A DNA stretch of 64,000 nt from Candidatus Omnitrophota bacterium. GTDB lineage: Bacteria > Omnitrophota > Gorgyraeia > 2-01-FULL-45-10. Under the pieces are notes generated by a model. That model saw only the letters and a list, made by a program, of their open reading frames with translations, did not search any database and was not told the DNA's origin. The DNA lies in contig JBAZUO010000007.1 in the NCBI GenBank assembly GCA_041661345.1, positions 1 to 64,000 of the forward strand. The letters are read 5' to 3'. The position numbers and the translations under genes are program-made. Positions 36,860 to 44,789 of this stretch are shown piece after piece. Positions within the stretch are counted from its first letter, which is position 1, and every line of letters begins with the position of its first letter.

Positions 36860-38281
36860 ATGGAAGATTATACAATAAAAGACACCAGGAAGCAGGCATT
36901 GGTGGCGGTGATCGCGGCCGTTTCCGTATTTATGAACACGCTTGATTACAGCATGCTCAATATATCGCTTCCGGCAGTTTCCAAATATTTTCATGTTAAT
37001 CTGGCCGCCATAGCATGGCTCCCGCTCACATACCTCTTGATAGTCACAAGTTCATTATTGGGTTTCGGTAAACTGGGGGATATAAGAGGATATAGGAGGA
37101 TATTTGTTTTAGGTATGGGCGTATTCACAGCCGGCACTTTGATGTGCGGGTTTGCTCCTACGATGCGTTCGCTTCTTGCCTTTCGTGCGTTTCAGTCCGT
37201 CGGAGAAGCGATATCGAGCCCTATCGCCATTGCGATGGTCACTTCATTCCTGCCGGCCAATGTAAGGGGCAGGGCCCTCGGGGTTGTTGCGCTGGCCCAG
37301 GGGTTAGGCATGGCGGCCGGTGCCGCGGCCGGAGGCTATATAAATAGCCACTTTATGTGGCGCGCGATATTTTTCATAAATATTCCTATAGGGATAGCAG
37401 TGATCCTGGCCTCATTAAAGGTGTTGCCGAAAAAGCAAAGGGAGGTAGCTGATAAAAGATTCGATATCCCGGGCGCGGTGACAATATTCGTGGCGCTCGC
37501 AAGCCTCCTGTTTTTCATGAATTCGATCACAAGGCTTGGTTTTAAAAATCCCGTGATGATCGGGTGCCTTGCGATATCGATGATCTCATTTCTCATATTT
37601 ATTATACAGGAAAAAATGGTCCCGTATCCTCTATTGGACCTTGGCCTGTTCAGGAATATGAATTTTACATTGGCTGTTACATCTTCTTTTCTGGCTACTT
37701 TTGTTGTCCTGGGCTTCAGTTTTCTCGCCCCGTTTTACATAGAGTTCATCCGGGGTTCTTCTGTGTCGACTGCCGGGGTGATGCTCATGATACCGTCGCT
37801 TGTGATGATGGCCCTTGCGCCGTTTGCCGGCAGGATATCGGATCAGATAGGCTCGCGCGTATTATGCTCTATCGGCGCGGCGATATTCTGTTTCGTATTT
37901 GCAGCGTTGGCTGTTTTTGGCGCCAATACGAATATCGCTCTGATAGTGATATCGTTTTTCGCTCTCGGTGTCGCGGCAGGCATATTTATGGCACCTAACA
38001 ATAAACTCGTTATGCTTCAGGCCCCGGAGGACAAGCAGGGCGTGGCGTCCGGCGTCTATAAGATGTTCCTTAATACCGGGAGCGTCATGGGCATAGCGCT
38101 CTTTCCGATGATCATAATGGGGAAGATCCATTCCCTTATGATGACAGATAATATCGACATGGCGCAGGTAAAGCAATCGCCGGAGATCATGTGCGCCGGA
38201 TTCCGCAGTGCTTTCTTATTCGCGATAGCCGCATGTTTGTTGATGTTTATCTTTTCCTTCTTCGCGCGCGATAAGAAGTAA
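36860..38281 (+). CDS. MFS transporter, 14-TM DHA2 (EmrB/QacA-like) family
   Basis: 473 aa with about 14 TM helices and the MFS motif GKLGDIRGYRRIF. Confidence 0.8.
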   Translation: MEDYTIKDTRKQALVAVIAAVSVFMNTLDYSMLNISLPAVSKYFHVNLAAIAWLPLTYLLIVTSSLLGFGKLGDIRGYRRIFVLGMGVFTAGTLMCGFAPTMRSLLAFRAFQSVGEAISSPIAIAMVTSFLPANVRGRALGVVALAQGLGMAAGAAAGGYINSHFMWRAIFFINIPIGIAVILASLKVLPKKQREVADKRFDIPGAVTIFVALASLLFFMNSITRLGFKNPVMIGCLAISMISFLIFIIQEKMVPYPLLDLGLFRNMNFTLAVTSSFLATFVVLGFSFLAPFYIEFIRGSSVSTAGVMLMIPSLVMMALAPFAGRISDQIGSRVLCSIGAAIFCFVFAALAVFGANTNIALIVISFFALGVAAGIFMAPNNKLVMLQAPEDKQGVASGVYKMFLNTGSVMGIALFPMIIMGKIHSLMMTDNIDMAQVKQSPEIMCAGFRSAFLFAIAACLLMFIFSFFARDKK

Positions 38282-38295
38282 GGTTACATCATAGG

Positions 38296-39828
38296 TTATC
38301 CCCACAAATTCCTGTCCAGGCTCCTGTATGATATCGCCTCCGAAATATGATGCGACTCGATGATATCTTTACCATCCAGATCGGCGATGGTTCTGGCGAC
38401 TTTTAATATCTTGTCATAAGCCCTTGCCGATATCCCGAGCTCCAATATGGCGAGCTTGAGCAGTTCCTCACCCTCTTTGTCCAAGATGCAGTACTTTTCC
38501 AATTCCTTTGATTCAAGATGCGCATTGAAATGCATGGTATCATTTTTATAGCGCTTCGCTTGTATGCTTCTCGTCTTATCTACTCGTTTTCTTATCTCTT
38601 CAGATGGTTCGCCGCGCCGTTTATCCGTAAGGTGCTCAAATTTTAACCTTGGCACCTCCAGGTGAATGTCGATCCTGTCAAGTAGCGGCCCGGAGATCTT
38701 CGAAAGATAGTTCTGGATCTGAAAAGGGGAACAGTGACATTCATGTTTGGAATCCGTGAAGTATCCGCATGGGCAGGGGTTCATTGCGGCCACCAGCATG
38801 AATTTAGAAGGGTAGGTGAGGCGGTTTGCGACTCTCGCTATAGTTACTGAGCCTTCCTCGAGCGGTAGGCGCAGGACCTCGAGGACATTGCGCTTGAACT
38901 CCGGCAGCTCATCGAGGAATAGTACGCCATTATGGGCGAGGCTTATCTCGCCCGGAATAGGATTCGTGCCTCCTCCGACCAGCGCGGAATCCGATATCGT
39001 ATGGTGAGGCGAGCGGAAAGGCCTGGTTGCCGTGAGCCCTCTATTCGGAGACAGTAGCCCTGCTACGCTGTGGATCTTCGATGTCTCGAGGCTTTCATCT
39101 ATGGTCATCTCCGAGAGTATCGTCGGCAGGCGCTTGGCGAGCATGCTCTTTCCCGATCCGGGCGGGCCTATGAGAAGGACATTATGTAGCCCGCTGGCGG
39201 CGATCTCAAGGCCGCGCTTGACATGCTCCTGCCCTTTGACATCGCTGAAATCTACCCTGTATTTGGAATTTCTTTTTATTGTGAGCTCTATATCCGACTC
39301 GTGCGGTTTTATGGTGATTTTTTTGTTTATGAAATTTACGACATCTTTCAATGTCACTACAGGATATATTTCCACCCCTTTTACCACAGAGGCCTCTTTG
39401 GCATTCTCCAGCGGCAGAACGAATTTATTTTTCCCGAGTTTTTTAAGGGCCATTGCTATTGGAAGGGCGCCTTTAATGGGTTTAAGCCTTCCGTCGAGGG
39501 ACAGTTCCGCGCAGAATATATAGTCATTTAAACTTTCACGTTCGATCGACCCCTCCGACAGCAAAACCGACAACGCTATCGGAAGATCGAAAGACGCGCC
39601 CTCTTTTTTTATATCAGCCGGTGCCAGGTTTATCGTTATCTTTCTTGTTGGAAAAGGAAAACCGGAATTTTTTATAGCGGCTTTGATCCGGTCGCGCGAT
39701 TCTCTTATCGCCGTATCGGGCAGGCCTATTATATTGATCCCGGGCAGGCCTCCCGCAGTATCCATCTCCACAGTGACTTCGCATGCGTCGATCCCGATAA
39801 CGCATGCGGAATAAATTTTCGCAACCAC
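38296..39828 (-). CDS. comM: YifB/ComM-family Mg-chelatase-like AAA+ ATPase
   Basis: It has a Lon-protease-like N-domain, Walker A LLIGPPGSGKSM and the Mg-chelatase ChlI-like core. The start is assigned to GTG 39828 (RBS GGAGGA 7 nt upstream); the alternative ATG 39870 would overlap yraN by 29 nt. Confidence 0.88.
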   Translation of the reverse strand: MVAKIYSACVIGIDACEVTVEMDTAGGLPGINIIGLPDTAIRESRDRIKAAIKNSGFPFPTRKITINLAPADIKKEGASFDLPIALSVLLSEGSIERESLNDYIFCAELSLDGRLKPIKGALPIAMALKKLGKNKFVLPLENAKEASVVKGVEIYPVVTLKDVVNFINKKITIKPHESDIELTIKRNSKYRVDFSDVKGQEHVKRGLEIAASGLHNVLLIGPPGSGKSMLAKRLPTILSEMTIDESLETSKIHSVAGLLSPNRGLTATRPFRSPHHTISDSALVGGGTNPIPGEISLAHNGVLFLDELPEFKRNVLEVLRLPLEEGSVTIARVANRLTYPSKFMLVAAMNPCPCGYFTDSKHECHCSPFQIQNYLSKISGPLLDRIDIHLEVPRLKFEHLTDKRRGEPSEEIRKRVDKTRSIQAKRYKNDTMHFNAHLESKELEKYCILDKEGEELLKLAILELGISARAYDKILKVARTIADLDGKDIIESHHISEAISYRSLDRNLWG

Positions 39829-39841
39829 GATAGTTCCTCCT

Positions 39842-40216
39842 CTAATTATTGTCTTCAACAGCATTTTCAAAAAGCTCTATATACTCTACTTGATAGTTAT
39901 AATCTAACTTCACTGAGACTATGTCGATACGCCAGGGCGATTCGATTGCCTTGTGTTTTTTCAGATAACATAAAGCGTTCCTCGTGATATGCCTTTCCTT
40001 GTTTTTAGTTATCGACAGGTACGGCGGGCCGAGGGAAGAGGTGGTGCGGCTTTTGACCTCAACGAATATCGTAAAGTCATCCTTTTTAGCGACTATATCG
40101 ATTTCGCCGAATATCGTGCGCGCGTTCGTTGCAAGGATCCTGTAGCCTTTACCTTTAAGAAACTTAAGCGCTGCCATTTCACCGGCCGTTCCGGCCGCCC
40201 TATTCCCTCGACCCAT
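39842..40216 (-). CDS. yraN: YraN-family (UPF0102) endonuclease-like protein
   Basis: 124 aa with GEMAALKFLKGKGYRILATNARTIFGEIDIVAKK...VEVK, typical of YraN. The conserved yraN-comM pairing is present. Confidence 0.85.
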   Translation of the reverse strand: MGRGNRAAGTAGEMAALKFLKGKGYRILATNARTIFGEIDIVAKKDDFTIFVEVKSRTTSSLGPPYLSITKNKERHITRNALCYLKKHKAIESPWRIDIVSVKLDYNYQVEYIELFENAVEDNN

Positions 40217-40220
40217 TAAG

Positions 40221-40493
40221 TTACCCTCCGTATGCTTCTAAGACGATTTTTTCGATCTCGTCTTTTATCTCCCGATTCAGAGGTATGACGGTAGAGTACC
40301 ACTTTCCGTCTTTTCCTGCCTCCTGCGGCATGCTTACAAACAGCCCCTTCTCGCCCTCAACCACCCGCAAGCCCTTTATTACAAAGCTGTCGAGTATCGA
40401 TAGGTCGCAGAAGGCCTTTGTCGCTCCCGTCCCGTCCAGCTTGTGCAGGCGGGATACCGCTATCTTAAGATCTTCAGCTACCATATTCTTCAC
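40221..40493 (-). CDS. spoVG: SpoVG-family protein
   Basis: 90 aa. ...KLDGTGATKAFCDLSILDSFVIKGLRVVEGEKGLFVSMPQ...GKWYSTVIPLNREIKDEI matches the SpoVG fold pattern. The RBS is AAGGGGGGTG. Confidence 0.85.
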   Translation of the reverse strand: MKNMVAEDLKIAVSRLHKLDGTGATKAFCDLSILDSFVIKGLRVVEGEKGLFVSMPQEAGKDGKWYSTVIPLNREIKDEIEKIVLEAYGG

Positions 40494-40499
40494 CCCCCT

Positions 40500-40570
40500 T
40501 CAAAAATTAGTTTTGTCCCCCATATATAAAGATGCTAAAACAGGCGATTTTGTTGCAAACTATTTTAAAA
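40500..40570 (-). repeat. Direct repeat copy A (upstream of spoVG)
   Basis: It contains the 20-nt core cccccatatataaagatgct (40517-40536), which is identical to 41312-41331, and TTGCAA (40553-40558) at the same 42-nt offset as in copy B. Confidence 0.8.
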
Positions 40571-40609
40571 AAGTTTGGGTTAGCAATGAAAAAGTGGGGT
40601 TCCGGGATA

Positions 40610-40637
40610 TTGAAAATATAACAGGGTGTGGTATACT
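40610..40637 (+). promoter_or_regulatory. Orphan strong promoter (TTGAAA-16-TGgTATACT, extended -10)
   Basis: TTGAAA lies at 40610-40615 and TATACT at 40632-40637, preceded by TGg. No + strand protein gene follows until 42096. Confidence 0.55.
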
Positions 40638-40643
40638 AACATG

Positions 40644-40866
40644 TAGAAGAGAGCGGACTTAGCCTTACGGGGAAAAGAGGCCGGGTATTTGGTAAAATGG
40701 ACGGCCGGGGCAGCCAAAGAACGGAATGGCAGCCCATCGAGGGCGGTCAGGTAAAACCCCTGAAAAGGGAGGCGGATAGAGATACTGATCGGCCGCGAGA
40801 GTTTTCTTCCGGAAAGGTTAAGGGGCCTCTTCGAGAATAGACCCAGGTTAAAGCTTGGGCCTTTTT
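40644..40866 (+). ncRNA. Candidate structured non-coding RNA of unknown class (about 190-220 nt)
   Basis: It is bracketed by the promoter above and a hairpin plus CCTTTTTCTT at 40842-40869. It is GC-rich relative to its flanks. Long-range pairing by hand: GAAGAG 40646-51 with CTCTTC 40827-32, CTTAGCCTTAC 40658-68 with GAAAGGTTAAG 40812-22, GGGGAAAA 40669-76 with TTTTCTTCC 40802-10, and GGCCGG 40679-84 with TCGGCC 40889-minus-100, i.e. 40789-94. No Rfam-type signature was recognised by eye. Confidence 0.4.
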
Positions 40867-40869
40867 CTT
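40842..40869 (+). terminator. Weak rho-independent terminator (overlaps stop codon of the convergent anti-sigma gene)
   Basis: The stem CCCAGG (40842-40847) pairs with CTTGGG (40854-40859) and is followed by CCTTTTTCTT. Confidence 0.4.
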
Positions 40870-41306
40870 ATTGCGGATTGGTCCAGCCTTTTAAATATTC
40901 GCGAAGCTTCTTTTTCACCGCCGGTCTTCCATGCGTCGTAGATCGTGACCAGCATCTTCGTAGTTTTGGCGTCAACTATCCACTTTATACCCAAAAGTAG
41001 AGTAGCTACTAGAAGTTGTATAAAATATCTCGCAAAGACGAAGGATAGCGTAAATGAGATAATTGCCAGCACCAGGTACCAATTTATTTTCTTCATAAAA
41101 TTCGCCTTTCCGGATCTTGACCCGCCTTGCCTTTTGAAAAGATCTACCGATTCATGCGCGGATATTATCTTTCCAAGACATTCATCGCATGAGGCGATGT
41201 GCTCTTCGATCTTGTGTCTTTCGTTCCGCGAAAGCGCATCGTCCAGGAAGTCCGCCAATTCAGTATCCGCAGGATGAGTTTTCACATTCAATTTTGTATT
41301 TGTCAT
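40848..41306 (-). CDS. Zinc-finger (zf-HC2) anti-sigma factor, membrane-anchored
   Basis: It carries the HxxxCxxC motif (HIASCDEC) near the N-terminus and two TM helices. It lies immediately downstream of an ECF sigma gene. The start is taken at ATG 41306 (MTNTKL, RBS GGGGGGA); ATG 41318 is an alternative. Confidence 0.7.
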   Translation of the reverse strand: MTNTKLNVKTHPADTELADFLDDALSRNERHKIEEHIASCDECLGKIISAHESVDLFKRQGGSRSGKANFMKKINWYLVLAIISFTLSFVFARYFIQLLVATLLLGIKWIVDAKTTKMLVTIYDAWKTGGEKEASRIFKRLDQSAIRKRPKL

Positions 41307-41363
41307 AAATCCCCCCATATATAAAGATGCTTAAAATGCCTAAATTATTGCAAGTTTTTTAAA
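41291..41363 (-). repeat. Direct repeat copy B (ECF sigma 3' end / anti-sigma 5' end junction)
   Basis: The core lies at 41312-41331. TTGCAA (41348-41353) here encodes the last two sigma codons (L-Q), followed by the stop. Copy B is 795 bp from copy A. Confidence 0.8.
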
Positions 41364-41965
41364 TATTCTTTCAATTTCTCTCTGGCCCTTTTTACATGAC
41401 TGGAAACCGTGCCGATCGGCATTTTGAGAATGCCGGCTATCTCTTCATACTTTTTGTTGTGAATCAGGTTTAATTTAATCACGAGTCTTTCCCCGGCAGG
41501 AAGCGCTTCCAGCGCGCAATCTATTCTCTCCGATAGCTCATTCGAGGATAGCTCTTCCGAAGGGGAGGGATAACCCGATTCTATCAGGTCCTGTAATTCT
41601 CCCTGGCCTATCCTCTCAAATATCGACACTTTGAACGGCGGTTCCTTGATGCGCATCCTGCGCACGTAAGCCAGGCCCGCATTTCCGGCAGAGATGGCAA
41701 GCCAGACGGCTATATTTCGGCGATTGGCTACGCCTTCCAGCTTTCCGTCCCTCCATAAAGCCGTCAGAAAGCCTTGCTTGATATCCTCTATGTCCTGATC
41801 GTTCAAGGTGAAACCGTACTTCTTAAGCCTATTTTTGATGGCGATATGGATAAGGCCGGCATATTTTTCTACAAGGGCCGTCCAGCATGACAAATCCCTG
41901 TTTATACAGCCCTCAACCAGCCTTGAATCATCCCCGTATGCGCTATATGACATGCGTAAGAGCAT
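41345..41965 (-). CDS. ECF-type RNA polymerase sigma factor (sigma-70 family)
   Basis: 206 aa with a region-2-like segment (LVEKYAGLIHIAIKNRL...) and a region-4 HTH (YEEIAGILKMPIGTVSSHVKRAREKL). No obvious SD precedes either candidate ATG. Confidence 0.8.
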   Translation of the reverse strand: MLLRMSYSAYGDDSRLVEGCINRDLSCWTALVEKYAGLIHIAIKNRLKKYGFTLNDQDIEDIKQGFLTALWRDGKLEGVANRRNIAVWLAISAGNAGLAYVRRMRIKEPPFKVSIFERIGQGELQDLIESGYPSPSEELSSNELSERIDCALEALPAGERLVIKLNLIHNKKYEEIAGILKMPIGTVSSHVKRAREKLKEYLKNLQ

Positions 41966-42034
41966 ATCATTATATATGTTAAAAAGTCAAATGTAATTTT
42001 ATTTTTCATCAAATCAGCCTCTGCTTGAACTGAT

Positions 42035-42063
42035 TTGACATATGGCAGATGTGATAGTATACT
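42035..42063 (+). promoter_or_regulatory. Sigma-70 consensus-like promoter (TTGACA-17-TATACT)
   Basis: Hexamers lie at 42035-42040 and 42058-42063, upstream of the RBS AGGGGAAAG and the ATG at 42096. Confidence 0.6.
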
Positions 42064-42095
42064 TAATCTGCTATAGATATTAGGGGAAAGAATAC

Positions 42096-44789
42096 ATGGA
42101 AGATAAAGACAGGAAGGTCGAGGATCTTATTGCGGAGCTGAATATGCTGCGCCAGGTCGTGGCTGAATTTAGATCGCGTCAGGCCGAGGAATCCCTCGGC
42201 ATACATGGCATAGAGGCTTATAAGGCGATATATGATTCGGCCAATGACGCGATATTTGTGCATGATATAGAGACAGGCCGAATATTAGATGTCAACACAA
42301 AAGCCTGCGAGATGTATTGTTACCCTAGGGAAGAATTTCTGAAACTTGATATCCAGGCGATAAGCTTAGGCGAACATTCGTATACCCAGGAGGAGGGCCT
42401 TCGTCGTATTAGAAAAGCCGCCAAAGATGAACCACAGATCTTTGAATGGCTGTGCAAGGATAAGGCCGACAGGCTGTTCTGGGCAGAAGTCAATCTTAAG
42501 CGCGCAATAATCGCAGGCAAGTACCGGATGCTTGCCATATTAAGAGACATAGACGAACGAAAGCGGACCGAAGAGCGTCTTGGCAAGATAAATAAAACCA
42601 TGCTCGGTTTTACTGCTGATCCCGCTAAGAATATCACAAGCCTTACAGCGCTATTGGGCAAACTTCTTGGCGCGGATTGCGCTCTCTACAACCACCTGGA
42701 AGGGGAGATGCTATCAACGTGCGGGATGTGGAATGTCCCGAAAGATTTTACGCCGATAGACAAGGCCGCCGGGCACATATGTTACGATGTGATAAAGTCC
42801 AATAAGAATGAGGTTACCGTTATGCAGGATCTTCCCAATACAGCCTACGCCGATACCGATCCGAACATAAAAAAATACAATCTGAAAACGTATATAGGCC
42901 ATCCGGTCGGATTTGAGGGTGTGGTAGTAGGCTCGATATGCGCGGCCTATCAGTACGATTACACACCCAGCGAAGAGGATAAGAAGATAATAGGCATAAT
43001 AGCATCCGCGATCGGAGTAGAGGAAGAGCGGAAGAGGTCGTTCGATGAGACGATGGAACGCGACTACCAGTTAGAGATCCTTTCCCGCACCAGCCAGCAC
43101 ATTAATGCCACCCTGGAGATACCGGTAATACTGCGTACTCTTATCGCTGCAGCCATGGAGCTTGTGGATGCAACAGGCGGAGCCGCCGGCCTGGTCGAAA
43201 ATCAAAAAATGGTTTTTAGAGAATATAATCGTGAAGGCACTGTTAAACCGGTACAATATTCTTTTGAGCGGGGCCATGGCGTATATGATTTGATCATCGA
43301 ATCCAAAAAACCGTATATTTCGAACGATGCCGGAAGCGATCCAAAAATCCTGCCGGAGAAGAAGAAGGCGTTTGACATTTACAATATTATAAATGTCCCA
43401 ATCCTCGATCCAAAACAAGAATTGATCGGATGTCTTGAGGTTTATAACAGAAAAGGCCTCAAACCTTTCGATACTGGCGATGTCTACGTTTTGCAGGGGC
43501 TGGCGGCCAGCGCCGCCACTGCTTTAGGAAACGCCAGGATGATTGCCGAACTTAAATGCGCCGAGGAGGAGAAAAGCCGGCTGAACAAGGAACTATTGAG
43601 TATGAATAAAAGATTGAAACAGCTGGCCATGAAGGACGTCGAGACGGGGCTTTATAATCATCATTATCTTGCCGAGATCATAGAGGCCGAATTTTACAGG
43701 GCCAGGCGCTACGGCCATCCGTTATCGGTTGTAATGATCGACATCGACTATTTTAAATCGGTAAATGATGTTTATGGGGTAGAATTCGGAGACCTGGTAT
43801 TAAGGCAGTTCGCCGATTATCTTAAGAAGATGGTCAGAAAATACGATACGGTAATACGGTTTGGCGGCGAGGAATTTGTAATTGTCTCTCCAGGGGTGGA
43901 TAAACCGAAGGCAGTCATACTGGCTCAGAGGCTTTTGGATGCAATCGGCCTGTACAATTTCGGCAATAAAAAACATGCGATTAAGATCAAGGTAAGCATA
44001 TCAGTAGCATCCTATCCGAACGGTAATATCATGAAAGGCATGGATCTGATAAATTCCTGCGAGAAGATTCTCGACAAGGTTAAGGAGGGCGGCGGGAATA
44101 AAGTGTATTCGCCGATAGACCTGAATAAGGACAAGGCCAGCGCGATGGAAGAGGCGATTGAGCCTACGGATGTAAGGTTTCTGAAAGAAAAGATAGAGAA
44201 GCTTACCCGGCGCAGCAAGCAGAATCTGATAGAGTCTATATTTGCTTTTGCGAAGACGCTTGAGATGAAGGACCACTACACGGGCGAGCATGTGGAAAAT
44301 ACTGTTAAGTATTCGACTCAGATCGCGGAGGCGCTGGATCTGGCTGCGGAAGATGTCGACAACATAAGGCAGGCATCGATCCTGCACGATTTAGGGAAGG
44401 TCGGAATAAGCGATAAGATACTGCATAAGAAGAGTAAGCTTACGAAGAAAGAATTCGAGAATATCAAGAAGCATCCGCAAATAGCGGCCGATATTATAAG
44501 GCCGATACAATTTATGCATGATATAATACCGCTCGTCCTTTATCATCATGAGAGATGGGACGGTAAAGGTTATCCTGCCGGACTTAAGGGCGAAGAGATA
44601 CCGGTAGGGGCAAGGATAATCGCGGTCGCCGATGTTTATCAGGCGCTGACATCGAACAGGCCTTACCGTAAAGCGTTTTCTAAAAAGAAGGCACTGGGCC
44701 TTATCAAAGATGGTTCGGGTACACAATTCGACCCTCTGATAGTGAAGATATTTCTGAAGGTGCTTGTTAAAGAGAAAAAGGGGAAATAG
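42096..44789 (+). CDS. PAS-GAF-GAF-GGDEF-HD-GYP multidomain c-di-GMP signalling protein
   Basis: 897 aa with a PAS segment (YDSANDAIFVHD...), two GAF-like regions and a GGDEF domain. The GGDEF active site is GGEEF and an RxxD I-site (RKYD) sits 5 residues upstream. The HD-GYP domain carries HDLGKVGI...HHERWDGKGYPAGL. Confidence 0.9.
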   Translation: MEDKDRKVEDLIAELNMLRQVVAEFRSRQAEESLGIHGIEAYKAIYDSANDAIFVHDIETGRILDVNTKACEMYCYPREEFLKLDIQAISLGEHSYTQEEGLRRIRKAAKDEPQIFEWLCKDKADRLFWAEVNLKRAIIAGKYRMLAILRDIDERKRTEERLGKINKTMLGFTADPAKNITSLTALLGKLLGADCALYNHLEGEMLSTCGMWNVPKDFTPIDKAAGHICYDVIKSNKNEVTVMQDLPNTAYADTDPNIKKYNLKTYIGHPVGFEGVVVGSICAAYQYDYTPSEEDKKIIGIIASAIGVEEERKRSFDETMERDYQLEILSRTSQHINATLEIPVILRTLIAAAMELVDATGGAAGLVENQKMVFREYNREGTVKPVQYSFERGHGVYDLIIESKKPYISNDAGSDPKILPEKKKAFDIYNIINVPILDPKQELIGCLEVYNRKGLKPFDTGDVYVLQGLAASAATALGNARMIAELKCAEEEKSRLNKELLSMNKRLKQLAMKDVETGLYNHHYLAEIIEAEFYRARRYGHPLSVVMIDIDYFKSVNDVYGVEFGDLVLRQFADYLKKMVRKYDTVIRFGGEEFVIVSPGVDKPKAVILAQRLLDAIGLYNFGNKKHAIKIKVSISVASYPNGNIMKGMDLINSCEKILDKVKEGGGNKVYSPIDLNKDKASAMEEAIEPTDVRFLKEKIEKLTRRSKQNLIESIFAFAKTLEMKDHYTGEHVENTVKYSTQIAEALDLAAEDVDNIRQASILHDLGKVGISDKILHKKSKLTKKEFENIKKHPQIAADIIRPIQFMHDIIPLVLYHHERWDGKGYPAGLKGEEIPVGARIIAVADVYQALTSNRPYRKAFSKKKALGLIKDGSGTQFDPLIVKIFLKVLVKEKKGK

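Noticed and set aside
40697-40840. A 47-codon ORF (MDGRGSQRTEWQPIEGGQVKPLKREADRDTDRPREFSSGKVKGPLRE) inside the candidate ncRNA region.
   Set aside because: It has no convincing RBS (ggtaaaATG). The product is highly charged and low-complexity with no hydrophobic core. The GC-rich self-complementary sequence is better explained by RNA structure. It is kept as the alternative hypothesis in the finding.
40644-40866. Attempted assignment of the candidate ncRNA to SRP RNA, RNase P, tmRNA or common riboswitch classes (TPP, SAM, glycine, cobalamin, ZTP, guanidine, c-di-GMP).
   Set aside because: The hallmark motifs were not found on either strand in the required order: SRP GGAAGCAGCC after GUCAGG, RNase P GAGGAAAGUCC, the B12 box, and CUGAGA. 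No downstream + strand gene exists for a cis-regulator. The class is therefore left open rather than named.
41966-42034. A possible sigma-70 promoter for the ECF sigma gene (TTGACT ... TATAAT on the minus strand).
   Set aside because: The two hexamers are only about 10 nt apart, and alternative -10 choices are poor. No promoter was annotated for this gene.
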